A stretch of DNA of 38,289 bases from Dimargaris cristalligena (GCA_003614675.1 ML002360.1:1-38289); one strand, 5' to 3'; positions 10,148-23,353 are shown, counted from the stretch's first letter. Notes: generated from the sequence alone by a model not told the origin. A program made the numbers and translations.

Positions 10148-13100
10148 ATGGACGCTCAGGAATTCCGCAAACATGCCCACCAGGCTGTGGAAGACATTGT
10201 TAACTATATGGAGAATTTGAACGAACGACCCGGTAAGTACATACCTTCCGCTTCTTCTGACCTGGGCATAGGTGCGCTAAAGTGAGAGCTTTAGGTTAGT
10301 AGAGCCCCGATACTAGCTGATACTGTCGCTTAAGAAAGAAAGAAAGTAAAGGGCATACTCTACCATGCGACCCAATATCAAGACGCACCCTAATTTTGAA
10401 TTCAGGGAAGTCAACAACACACCAACCCTTTTTACTTGAAAAGTACTGGATTGAAACAACCACCCGTCGTTGTCTACTAATCCGTGCAGCCCAGTTATAC
10501 CCCATGTATGAATTCAACCAGTCTTATCCCAGGTGCGTCCCGGTTACCTGCGCGACTTGATCCCGTCCGAAGCCCCCAAGGAGCCCGAGGACTTTGATCT
10601 GGTCATGAAAGAATTCCACGAAAAGATCATGCCCGGCATCACCCACTGGCAATCGGGCAAGTTCATGGCGTATTTTCCGTCCGGATTCTCGTATCCCTCC
10701 GTTTTGGGAGAAATGTACAATGCGATGGTGGCCGTCATTGGATTTAATGTAAGCTTTTTGGGAAGGGGGGGATAATTCTAAATTAGGCAATGCGAATTTT
10801 AAAGTTTATTAAATTAAATACGGCAATGGTTGATTATTGTCTCAAAGCCGGCATAGGGTTTGTGTTTTTAGAACCATTCTAGAAGAAACATCAGCCAAAC
10901 TAAAACCCTTCCTCTATGAAATACCTCACACCATTCTTATACATGCCTTGTAGTGGATCAACAGTCCAGCGGTTACCGAGCTCGAACACGTCATGATGGA
11001 CTGGTGGGTTAGGCTGCTCGGCCTGGGCGACGGTTTCTTGTCCACTGGTAAGGGTGGCGGCGTTATCCAGGTAAGCACGATTGATACCACCACACAACCT
11101 GCATGAACCCCCCTGTGCTGCCTTTTTTTCACATAACTACCGTTGATCAAATGACTCGTATAGCACAGGGACTCTGGGATGCATGGTGCCCCCCCCCTTT
11201 GGATGTCTATCACTGTTATATATCCCCCCCCATATTAACATGGGAGAAGTTCATTCAGGCTGTATAATGAAAAATCCATTGGATGCGGCCAATATTACTG
11301 GTTAAAAGCTATTCTCACATATATTCGCCCATACACGTATATTGTAAAACCTTATACAGCTGGGTTGAATTTTACCCATATCAAGTTTTTTGGTTGACTT
11401 ATCTTTCCCCTGCCTATCCCCATTCCATACTATACCATGGCATACCATGCTACGCTGCCCCGTCGACAGAACTCGGCGACCGATTCCCTCATAGTGTGCA
11501 TGGCTGCGGCCACTAAACGCCAAATCCACGCCTTGGCATCCGATGAAGATGTGGATACTTCGGTCTTGCGCGCTAAAATGGTCATCTACGGATCAGACCA
11601 GGTAGGCCTTCTGAGTGTTTAGATGCAATGTGGTCCCTCCTGAAATCATATGGGATACCCATACACATCCCTGTATACTTTACTAACAGCAATTGTACTA
11701 TATTCCAAACAACTTCACTGAATCATATCTGACCCCCCCTCCCTTCACACACACACCTATCCTGCACCAAACTTCCCATTTCTAGACCCACTCGGGAACT
11801 GCCAAAGCGGCCCGACTTTTGGGATATATTCATCGAGTAGTCCCCACCGACGACTCTTGTGTTCTGAAGGGATCCGTCCTCAAGGCTGTCATGGACCGAG
11901 ATGTTCAAAAGGGACTCATCCCTCTCCTCATTACGGCAACCATTGGTACTACAGGTTTTGGTTCTATGGATGACCTTCCGAGTATTGTCGAGGCCGGTAA
12001 GTAATGCCTTTCATGGCCCTATCTTGAGAATCGGCCAGTATTGGGGAATAATAAAGCCGGGTATCGGGAGAACTGATTCCGGATCATAGTTTGGGAACTG
12101 CAACCTTCCATGCTGAATACTTATCTGCGCTGTACCCATTGTCCGGAGGCTCCCATGCTGCACAAACCTATGCCTGATCTTCCACCTGGACGATTAGCTA
12201 CTTACTGGGGGGTACTTATTACCCATAGCCCAAGAGTCTACTATTTGGTACTCTCCTAGCCCAACATTATCATCTACTTATTTGTGATTTATGTACTGTT
12301 TTCCCCCGCACATGTTCCTGCATCCGGCCAATTTCCCGAAACCCAACCTAATCACTGGTGCCCTCCTACCCCACGTGTACACCTAACTTTGGTCCAAAAT
12401 GACCCTGAATAACATCGGTACAACCATATCATCACAATCAACTCACCCGCCGACTCCCCCCACCCACCAGCCAAATCCCACGGGGTCTGGGTTCACGTTG
12501 ACGCTGCCTACGCCGGCAATGCCATGGTATGCCCTGAGTTCCGCCACCTCCAGCAAGGCGTTGAACAGGTCGACTCCTACATTTTCAACCCCCACAAATG
12601 GCTGCTCCTCCACTTCGACTGCACCTGTCTCTTCCTCAAGGACACCGCCGCCGTCACCGATGCTCTAACCGTCCGCCCCTACTATCTGCGCTACCACGAA
12701 CACGACCAGGGGCTCGTCGAAGACTTTAGCGACTACCAGGTCTCCCTGGGTCGCCGCTTCCGGTCCCTCAAGGTATGGTTTACGCTCCGGTCGTACGGCG
12801 AATCGGGCCTCCAACAATACGTGCGGAACCATTACCGGCTTATCAACCGCCTGGAGGCCGCTTTCCGGGCGGATAGACGGTTCGAGATTTTAAATCCGGT
12901 GCATCTGCCCCTCATCTGTTTCCGGCTTACCCCGGCCGTATGTATCGCCAGCGTGAAAAATCGCCATTGGGTGGCCGAAACGGTTGGCGATGGAAACATC
13001 ACCACCACCAGCAGCTCCCAAGAAAACGGCAGCAGCAGCAGCGGTGACAATGGTCCATTCCCCTTTGAGCCCCTGGGGATTGGTTTTAGGAGCGCCGCCG

Positions 13101-13381
13101 AAGTGGCGGAGGAATTGGTTGACGGGATTAACGTGGGCCGGAAAGAAGGAGGAGGAGGGCCGGTGCTGACCCCGGAAGCTATCCGAATCACTAATGAGCG
13201 GAACCTACAGCTGTTCAATATTATTAACCAATCCGGCATTTTTATCTCCAAAGCCGATATCCACGGCCAGGTCATTTTGCGCGTGTGTATCGGGACCTTT
13301 AATTCCACCGACGAAACTACTGATTTCAGCTGGAATGTGATTCGTCAGAGCGCGGACAAATTGCTGATGGCCTCCTCCTAA
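10148..13381 (+). CDS. Aromatic-L-amino-acid (DOPA/Trp/Tyr-type) decarboxylase, paralogue 2; ~560 aa, 6 exons
   Basis: Exons 10148-10232, 10522-10748, 10954-11070, 11470-11601, 11786-11996, 12471-13381. The first five exon sizes (85/227/117/132/211) equal those of paralogue 1. Motifs: [33 protein letters not shown], loop PYYL, DYQVSLGRRFRSLKVWF. Confidence 0.95.
11242..11377 (+). mobile_element. 136-bp MITE, copy 3, inside intron 3 of AADC paralogue 2
   Basis: TIRs gggagaagttcattcaggctgtataa ... ttatacagctgggttgaattttaccc. Flanks ACAT (11238-11241) and ATAT (11378-11381), one mismatch. Confidence 0.88.
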
Positions 13382-13459
13382 ATATAGGCATCCCCAAACC
13401 CATCCATTTTTGGCATTCCCCGGCTCTCGCATTATCCCCGTCGCTATGATTGCTTCCTT

Positions 13460-13494
13460 ACACACACACACACACACGCACACGCACACACGCA
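13460..13494. repeat. (CA)n/(CACG)n microsatellite in the AADC paralogue 2 3' region
   Basis: Compound CA run. Confidence 0.8.
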
Positions 13495-15152
13495 AACTTA
13501 CCTTCTCTTCCTAGGCTATTACTATCCCCCTTTTCCTCACTAATTTTCTTACGACTGTATCTTTTACTATTATATCGAAGTGATTTCATTTTTGCCCTTA
13601 CTTTTTCTTCTTCTTTTCTTTAGTTTGCCTATTTTTTGGCAATTGCAAACTGTCAGCTAAATACACCGCGACACATGTATATCCGAATAATTAGTCTATT
13701 TTCATCACCCATCCTCTTCAACTATTTTGTTTAATGGATCGCAACATTAGTGACTGCCTGATGTTTGACACTCACCGCCCACACTATACCTCCCCACCCC
13801 CCTAATTGATTATGAGTTTTCCCATTAGATGTAGCCTATAGCATATTGCTCAACCATGCCCTGCTGTTTTTTATCTTATTAGTAGGGTGGCATGGACTTG
13901 TTTTACATTACCTAGTCCGTAATCACATTTACTAAAGCACCCGAATTAATCTAAAAGGTAATGCAATTTGGTTGCAGGGGGGAGGGCGAACGTAAAAGGG
14001 ATGCGTGATGTAGGGGGGGGGGGCAATCGTGGAATGATTGGAAAAACCAAAAATTTAATTCTGGCACCGATATATCGGGTCGTCCGTACATTGGCAGAAC
14101 CCGAGGAATTCGCCTAGTGGCTAGTAGCGCCCCCGACGGCATAGGTTGCGGGATGCTAACTCTTACATGGTGGCCGTTTCTCCACGTTTGGCATCAATGA
14201 AAAATCAATGAATAATGGCAAACCTAATGCCGTCGCGTAGCGAAATCGGGAACGTCTCTCGCTTTACCTTTGACCCTACCATAGGTAAAAAATAACCAAC
14301 CGTTCAGCAGATTACTTGGCTTCAGGCTTACCTCGTTAAACCTAAACCGTGTAGATCTTAGTCACCAATATTAGTATTAGCAATACTTTACATTAACTTC
14401 ATTACTCTCCACTACAGGTTATTTACCCATCACTTATAAAAAAATATCCGGTATTAAACCTTTGTACCACATTCGGTAATGGACATGTTCCTACTACCGA
14501 TTCTTAAGTTAGATGTGGCACTGGTGAGGTACACCCCTCAGCCTTCCCAGCCAGCCTACTCGCACACCCAGTGGTACATAAGGGTGATAACTATCTATGC
14601 CATCTTGATTTACCGTTAACCAGGAAGGATCCATGCTCAGTTCGCACAACGAGCGATATGATTCTCCCACACAACCACCACCGCCACTACATATATAAAA
14701 TGGTCCAGAGTGAATATTTTATTTGGTAAATAGAGTCGATGAAGCAATTTGATAAATGATAATAATAAAATAAACCAAACATGGGAAAAAGAAAGATTAA
14801 GTGATTGGCGAGGGGGGGGGGAAGGACTGAATATTTCATTTTTACCGCTACTAAACACACACACACACAGACAGACAGAGAGAAAGATAAGGGACGAAAA
14901 GGAAGAGAGGAGAAGAGCTAAATCTACCCGGATAAAATGTCGCGACCAGTGAAAGAAATAATGTAACTCATTAAGATTCAACTACCCGATGTTACAGTAA
15001 AAAACCAATGACTAACTAGAAAGGGAGATGTGAAGAGGAAAGGGAGGGGGGAGGGTTGCTGTGGATGTTTGAGTTATAGTTATATAATAACCCCACCCCA
15101 CTCCCCTCCCCTCCCCTCCCTCTCTCTCTCCCTGTAAAATCATTCATAGGAT

Positions 15153-18042
15153 TTAATGGTCTCCTTTTCCGGATTGCGACCCATCGGCGGAATGGTGACT
15201 GTAATATTGGGGATTATGGACAGGTGGAGCCGAAAGGCTGGCGGGAGCGGCGGCTTGAGCTGCATGTGGATGGTGCATTTCGTAACCGTAGTAGGGACTA
15301 CCGTGTGGTGGCGGCATTGAGTGGCCCATCGAACCGGGGGCTACTCCCGAGGCCGACACGCCTGAGGCCCCAGCCGCACCATTGGCACCCGGCGGGGCTG
15401 TTGGCGGAGCTTGGGGGTAGCCGCCGGGGTATCCGGGAGCTCCACCCCAGGGGGAGGCGGCTCCCGCAGGACCCGCGGGGGGGTAGCCACCACCGCCGTA
15501 GCCCGCGGCTCCCGCATAGTGGGGAGGGGGGACCGGGGGATAGCCCGCGGCAGCAGGGCTTCCGTAGCCACCGGCGATGGGGTTCATGCCGTACGGCGGG
15601 GGTGGGGCAGTCATGCCACCGGTGACGGCCATAGCGGCAACGGCATCACCGGGACGGTCCTTGCCCCACGAACACTTCAGCGGGCGGCCATTCAGCACCG
15701 TCCCGTTCAGTGTTGCGATGGCAGCAGCGGCGTTTTCGTGGGTGTCCATTCTAGATCAAGTCAATCAGGTAGCGCAAGGCGGAATGATCGGTTAGATTAC
15801 GCTGGACCAATATAAGTATATATAACATAAGCATTTTCAGAGCGGTCGACCTATCAAACCCAGTACCAAACGAGCTAACTAGACAGGTGGGATTCGTCTT
15901 TTTCGGATGCATTAACTTACTTGATGAAAGCGTAGCCCCGGTCAAACTGGAAGCGAGTGTTCACAATATAACCGTATTGTTGCAAAAGAGAAGTCACCTG
16001 GTCCGGGGTGGTCTGGGGGGCCATGTTGCCCAGGTACACGGTGGTGTTGTAGTAAGGGGTGCGGGTTACCACGGACTCGTAGCTTAGCTGGCCGGGGTGG
16101 GCCCGGTGGAACGACGAAGCGGCCCCCTTCTGGTTGGCCCAGTTCACCCGAATAGCCCGGGTTCCGATCCACTCTCCGTTCATCGTGTTGATGGCCTGTT
16201 CGGCATCGGTCTTCTCGCGGTAGGCAACGAACCCGAATCCACGGGTTTTACCCGACTGGGCATCCCACATGACGCGGGCGTCGCTGGGTGGGGAAATGGT
16301 ATTCCCAGGATATTCAGTTCAGGGGGGAAGATGGTGTGTAATGGTATAATCGTACAGATTAATAATCCGTGGTTTTCAAAGTTTAGAACGTAGATTGCAG
16401 GGCGTGGCCTTAGAAAACAATGTACTATATCATACCACTCTACCAGGAGGGTCATACATACCAGATGGACCAACTTACCTCATACTACCGAACACACCAA
16501 ACGCCTTTTGCAGGATCTGGTCATTCACTTCGGGACCCAGGTCACCCACAAAAATGTGGTGGTGGTCTAAAAGGAGTGGTTGGTGGAAAAAATGGAGAGA
16601 CCAGCGTAATATTAACCAAAACAGTTAGATTCAGGGGGTTGGACAACTATGGACACACTATTAACTGGTACTATACTTCAAAGTGGTGTCAAGTTGGAAT
16701 AGGGCAGTGAGGCTTGGCATCCAACCACAAAAAGTGATACAGTCAATGAAATTAATTAGACGGCGCTAGTGGAGATGTCCCACTTACTGGAGGTATCTTC
16801 ACGGAAAGAGACGGAGCTAGCAAATGCCCAGTTCACTTTGATTTCCTACTCAGGCATGAACCGTGGCAGGGGAAATGTATAGGATATAAGATGATGTGCA
16901 GGGAATAGTGGATGATGAATTAGCACACAGGTGCAACAGCCGGAGCGTGATAGTGTATACCAGTTACACGGTCTATTGTGTAAAAACCGGTAGGGCAGAA
17001 TAAGCATGACATAAAATCGAGATCAAAGATGGAACGACGGAGGTACCTTATCAAACACCGAACGGCCGTTCATTATTAAAGCCTGTTCGGCGGCCTGGTG
17101 GTCACTGAATTCCACAAATCCGTAGTTCAGACCTTGGTTGGCAAACTAGAGGGTGGGTTGGTACAGGTTAAATGCAATGTTTTTTTAAAATATATATATA
17201 GTATAAAAATACAGATAAACAGACATGTAAATACAACAATCAACTGCCGGGGGTATCACGGTGAACAGCAAATAGAGTCGGAGATCCCCAAGGCAGTTCT
17301 CACCCCTCTGACGGGCAGTGCATTAGGCGAAACACGAACCAACAGTGTGGTATTGAACACACACAAACAAATCAATGGCGCCGGAGTTCCCCAAAAGCGC
17401 AACGAGGAACCAGTCTGATTTGATCAGCCCCCAGGAACTTTGGCTAACGAGACATATCTCAAATCCATCAATTTTAGATCCTCCGGTAGGTGGTTTGCCA
17501 AAGTAGCCCCATGCATTAAAGACCATTTTGCGGCTCTGGGCACGACTGAACTAAGCTCAGTTCAAATAACTCTACGCTGCCATATCCTTTATATTATCCG
17601 TGAAATATCTAACCACCACCATGTACATTGCCGTGTAGATACGGCGTTTTAGTAAACCCCGAATGCGGAGTTGCCTGGTTTGGGAGTTTTTTTTTTGGGG
17701 GGGGGTGGGGGGAGTATTTGTCACAGTAGACGAATACGTAACAGAGCAAACTAAAACTAAGTAGTTGGGTATATATGAACTTACATTACGGTCAGCGATG
17801 AGCTTCACGGATTGGACCTTTCCAAGGGTGTTGAAAATGTCACGGAGCATGTCCTCAGTGACACGAGGGTCAAGATTGCCGACGTACAGGCTGCGACAGC
17901 CTTCCTCGGAGCCAGCGGCGACTGCACCAGGACTAGGGTTATGCCCGGCACCGGACGGGTCCCCCTGGGCATGCTGGGGAGGGTAGCTGGGATAGGCCTG
18001 GCCCTGTGGAGCAGCGGGGTGGTGACCCGGATTAGAGTACAT
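15153..18042 (-). CDS. PUB1: Pub1/TIA-1/TIAR family triple-RRM RNA-binding protein with Gly/Pro/Tyr-rich low-complexity C-terminus; ~487 aa, 6 exons
   Basis: Exons (minus strand) 18042-17785, 17145-17047, 16845-16788, 16566-16479, 16283-15921, 15750-15153. RRM1 LYVGNL..NYGFVEF..IKVNWA; RRM2 HIFVGDL..DARVMWD..SGKTRGFGFVAY..AIRVNWANQK; RRM3 TVYLGN..DRGYAFIK..RPLKCSWGKDR. Confidence 0.92.
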
Positions 18043-18186
18043 GGTGAAGGAAGCGGAGATGGGCCAAGACCGCAATTGATGGTAAGAAGCGGGAGTGGAT
18101 AGAGTAGTGAGATTAGGTAATGAAAAGAGGAGTAAGGGAGGAGAAGTAAGGGTGTGGTGGTGAGGTAAGCTACCCTACAGGTAAGC

Positions 18187-18212
18187 ACTATACTATACTA
18201 TACTATACTATA
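18187..18212. repeat. (ACTAT)n pentanucleotide tandem repeat upstream of the PUB1 ATG
   Basis: About 5 units. Confidence 0.75.
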
Positions 18213-20401
18213 TAATACGGTAAGTGGACAAAAAGGGGTGGGAATGGGAAGAAAAAAGAACCAGGCTTCCTAAGGAGCTCCAACCTAGAACTAAATAGGT
18301 AGGTGGTGCGCTATAGATAAAAAGAGAGGAAAGGAAGAGAGAGAGCAGGCCACACTGGGTAGTGGTAGTAGTCGTAGTAATAGTAATAATAATAGAGTCG
18401 ACCGAAGGTTCCGTACGACCCTTGGGCGGCATATCATTGACTACTCCCGTCTGCCCAGGTGATGCACAGGCCGACGACCATATAAGAGAACTCTGCACAC
18501 CGTCCCGTCCGGGAAGCAGCAGGTCGAGTCGCAATGCGCTTCTTTGGGGCTGTTAATGCCGCTCCCCTTGCTCCGCTCCTAGGGTGAGCGGACCCGGCAG
18601 GGCGGGTCCATTATTCATCAAGCAACCTTGCATGAGCAGTGGAGGTTCTCCTCCTATAGGCACCCCCCATGGGTAAAATTGAATTATCCGGAGCTCATGT
18701 CAACAAGGCCCACCCACCGACTAGCTAGCTAGCCTTACCTCAACCCAAGCTATGATGTCCGTTGGGGGTGGGGTGAGTAGGCAGGTTATAGAGAGGAGAG
18801 TCCTTAACGTGTTTTAGAAACCCGGGCCCCAGACTATCGTAGAGTCCCAGAGCCATGGCCAAGCGGAAGACGACGACGATGACAGGGGATATGACGGGGG
18901 AGGTCTGCTTTTATCGTGGCCAATAGCTTACGGGGAAGATCCAAGCTAGTCCACAGTGTTAATAAAGGAGCGACGCTGACACTCCTCACCATCGGGGGGT
19001 CGTATTAGTGGTCTGCTACAGCCAAAACACTCCACACGGGTGGCAGTGGTGAATCTTACTTCCTTCCTTTCCTTCTCCCCAGTTCCCTCTCATCAAGAGA
19101 GGGTCATATTCGGATTTCAGGATTGCCTCGTCCTTTCTTGGATCGCGAAGTAAAATCCCAGTGCCAGTTCCATTTTAGGGCGGACGCGGTATGCCTTGTT
19201 GACCAGGGAGGAGCATCGGAGCCGGGACGTGGGATAGTCGTAATTTTTTAATTAAAGACAGGGAAGCACACACTCTGTTCACTGTAATTCTTTCGGTGGG
19301 CCGCCTAGTAGCAACGTCCTGTCTTTCTGTGGTTTTATTGGAACCTCGCGTTCTTTTCCACACCCCCACCTTGATGTTGAGTAGTCGGGGCCCTACCTTG
19401 GTAGCAGCTCTTCACTGGCCGCCCCAGCAAACTAAAGTATCTCGCCTACCTGAACGGTATACGTGTGGTGGTCTATCTAGTCAGTAGCACGCGTGGTCTC
19501 TTTCTAAATGCCACCACAAAAGCCACCCGAAAAAAAGCAACTGGAACAGGTAGAGGGGATGGTGCTATTGCACTGTGTGCTGGATTTGCCTCCACCGGTG
19601 GCTTCCCTTGGACCCATTCTGTCCCCCCCCCAGTCCACAGCCCCCTCACCCGCCAGAGTGACTTGGATCATGAAACACCCCACCACTTCTTTGTCAATCG
19701 AGGAACCGCCATACACCTGAGTGCCCTCGGGCCGAACTTCACTTGATGTTGGGGGGAATGCCCATTGGCGGCGGAGAGTATGGGCATGTAGCGGACGAGC
19801 GGGGCCAGCCGTCAGTTGTCCAAGAACGAGGGCCTTCCGGATTTATTCGGTGCCTGGGAAATGGCCAATATATATAAGATAACCCACTGGCATTTTGATT
19901 CAAGAAGGTGATACATGGGGTAGACATTCAACAATGATACCACATCCACTGCGATAGCCTGGCTGGGCGAAATAGCGCATTTGGCCCCTTTAACAAAATC
20001 CGCATAGTAATAGCCCTAATAGGGGGCTGGATGAAGAAATTGGCTGGGTCCCGTGGTCTTCATTGTCACTTTAGAAATTCACACATCTCTGCACCCTTAC
20101 CCGCCTCCTCCATCAGGCAAGCAACCCAGCTCTCCCATTCCTTCCCAGCTTGTATCATTTTTTATTTCAAATACCGACTTTCCCATTGGACCCCTCTACC
20201 GACATTCTCTATTTATTCGTTCTATTCGCAATCCACGCCGAGTGTCTTCGAGCCCCGCTGATACTTTATAGGGCCCCCATTTCACATTTCATCCAACCCC
20301 CCCGCCGAGCCTGCCCGACTATTAACTTATATACTCCCCCATTCCGTCGGTCCAAACGACCTACCTCAACCCCGGCCCCAACAATACCCAATACCCCTCC
20401 C

Positions 20402-22593
20402 ATGGCTGATACTGAAGGAACTCCAGGTGACCTGTCGATCCTGCGCCAAACGGTCACCCAGCTACTTCAGCAACATGCGGCGTACGACATGCTCCCTGTG
20501 AGTTTCCGGCTAGTGGTCTTTGACACCACTCTGCAAATCCCCAGTGGACTTTCCCTGTTGCTTCAGAACGGTAAGAAGCTACATTGCTAATGGGTTTATG
20601 AACCCATCGGTCCCGCCCGACACTGCCGAGCGAAGGGCATCGCTGCACGGCGCGAGTCACTGAGCCCATATGGTGGTGGTTAGTCTCACCCGGAATATTT
20701 ATGAACTATACCCACCCCATGTTAACCAATTATTACCGCGCTGCTAACAATACCCCCACGATCACTATCATTCACCACCCGCTAGGAATCGACTGCGCAC
20801 CGATATGGGACTCTGAAAACAATGCCTACGCTGGTATGCTGACGGTGACCGACATCCTGGCCCTAATTCGCCATTACTACGCGCAGCACTCCTATTCCGA
20901 GGCCATGGCCGAAATTAGTAAAATTGAGCTCAGCTCGTTTAAAGGTACCCCGTATATGTCTTAATTAACAACCTATACCACATAATATACTATGTCTTTA
21001 TTGGAAACGCACTACTAAGCCGCCCTCGTAAACGATTTTAGTAGAATGGGCACGAGAGGCATCTCGGAATTTATCTGCTATCCTAACTCGACATTGATAT
21101 ATATTGCTTAAATACTCGTCATCACCATTCTAAATCTCCGACCATGTCGCTTAGAACTCTATCATGGCATCACAAGCCGGTACCCAAACACCCTTTCGAT
21201 ACACCCCATGAACAGCCTTTATGACGCCGCCCGGATTCTAATCGAAGCCGACTACCATAGCCTGGCCCTAGTGGATGCCGATACCTACAGTTCCCAGGAC
21301 TGCGTCGTCTCGGTTTTATCCTTGTACAGTATTCTGCGTTTTGTATCCATGAATGTAAGTGAAGGATTGTCGGGCTAAATCCTCCGGGCTAGTTTTCTTA
21401 AGGACCCGGAAAGCACCTACTACATTCACATTAATCCAGCATGATAAATATATGCGACTATGTCTAACCAGTTATTGGCTATGCTTTATATTACCCCAAT
21501 TCGTGATTTTGGTACTCACCGGTTTACCGCCTCGGTCTTTTATGAATGGGTGGTTCGGCTATGCGTTACAATGTCAATCAGCTTAAGGACAAGAAATCAC
21601 TCCGGGAACCCCTGCTTACCCACCGCATCGGGACTTACGAGGGCATTTCCACCGCTACTATGGATACCCGGGTGATTGAAATCATCCATGTGTTGGTTGA
21701 GAAGAATATTTCCGTGGTACCCATTCTGGACGAACAAGGTAAGTAGGGGCTTAGGTCTACTCGCATTTGGGGGGACCAAAGGGCGATGGTATTTACGCCA
21801 AGGCCTGGGTGCTATTGTATTTCTATTCGGTTAAATGTACCCCAGAACTGACCTAATGAATAGGATAGTCGTACCGGATTCTCTCTAACCCATTATCCTC
21901 CACAATACCTGCCTTTTTATTTGCTGCACTATGGTATAGGCAAAGTCATTAATGTATTCGAGGACTCTGATATTATGGTAAGTGTTCATTAGAACGGCTG
22001 TTTTGAGGCGTGTTTGAGAGAGACTCGGTTCTAAATGGAAGACGCTAAGCGTATCACTCCATGCCCGAGCCAGCACTGCTTGCCATAATTGCTATCGTGC
22101 CTTTCTTATCCTTCTATTTATCTATTTAAATGCTGGTTAAGAGGGTTTACTAACCAGTTCCAATGCGTGTTTTACATCTGTTTCCTACCATTCCACAGAT
22201 CATGGCCCGGGAGGAGGCCCTCGGGGAACTGGATATGCCGGTCCATGAAGCCATTCAACGCCGACCTGATGTAAGCCCTACTGTTTCCTATTAACCTGCC
22301 CTACGAACTGGGGGGGGGTGTCACTCGTTTACCAATGGTGTATATATATATATTGCTTCTCCAATCGTTTATGTGCTTGGAATGGTTTAGCTAACCGGTA
22401 TATTTTATCTGGACTCTGTTAAACATTTCAGGATTTTGCCGGTGTGCACACCTGTCGGTTGTCGGATACGCTACTTTCGGTCATGGATATTTTGCGCAAG
22501 GCCCAGTTGCACCGGTTGATCGTTGTGGACGAAGATGATCATTTGGTGGGCATTATATCCCTTAGTGATATATTAAAGGCCATTGTGGCCTAA
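20402..22593 (+). CDS. SNF4: Snf4 / AMPK gamma regulatory subunit (4 CBS domains); ~318 aa, 7 exons
   Basis: Exons 20402-20570, 20786-20944, 21155-21354, 21582-21738, 21940-21977, 22199-22270, 22432-22593. Motifs: YDMLPVSFRLVVFDTTL, APIWDS..YAGMLTVTD, SIHPMNSLYDA, GVHTCRLSDTL, HRLIVVD..LVGIISLSDIL. Confidence 0.92.
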
Positions 22594-23353
22594 TATTTCA
22601 TTTTCCATTTTCATAATCACATACATACACATCACCAGTTTGAACGAATTAATGTTAGCTGGCGTGTTGATTTCATATTTTTCACACTCCCCTTTTTGCT
22701 ATATACAATTAATGTGATAAACTTAAATCGATATTTTCGGACCAAAATAATAATCGGCCACCTTCTTAACTGGTGCAGCTATGGGATTTTACCTATGGAA
22801 TGTAGAGGGAGGATGGGCCTTCGCATGGGTTAAAAGGACAACTAGGCGGCCTGCTCTATACTCCAGGGGTTTTAAGTCTTTCTTGCATTTTATCAATTTG
22901 GGCCAGGGTTGAGTTTTTGTAATACTAGAGGCAGCGGCGCATCACGTGTGATATACCATCAGGGTGCAGCCGCCAGTGCTTTTAATGGCTTCAATTCACT
23001 AAACAGGAAGGCCAAATGTTACCCAAATGCTGCTTCAAGGGCCAGCAGTGTCGTGGCGTAAGCAGGCTGTGGTATAGTGCCCAACAATCCTTGGCGTGTC
23101 TCTTCTCCTCTCCTTTCTACCTATCCTTCGTTAACTTGAATGTTGAGCGGACTTACCTATTTCACCAATATTTTTATTTGAACCCCTCCCTCATCAGTTG
23201 AATTCCTCCTATACTCCCCTAACTTTCTACCTGCGCTTGTCCCCAACTGCCCCAACAATACTGCTGCCCAGTCCATAAATTCATTCCCACCCCACCGCTT
23301 TCCTACGCCTTTCTCTCATTATCACCTGTTCCCCCCCCCCCCACCTCGTCACC

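Noticed and set aside
15224..15815. Several overlapping plus-strand ORFs
   Set aside because: Antisense to the GC-rich last exon of PUB1.
19175..19930. Short ORFs in the PUB1-SNF4 divergent intergenic region
   Set aside because: No recognisable motif or coherent exon chain; a decayed gene cannot be excluded.
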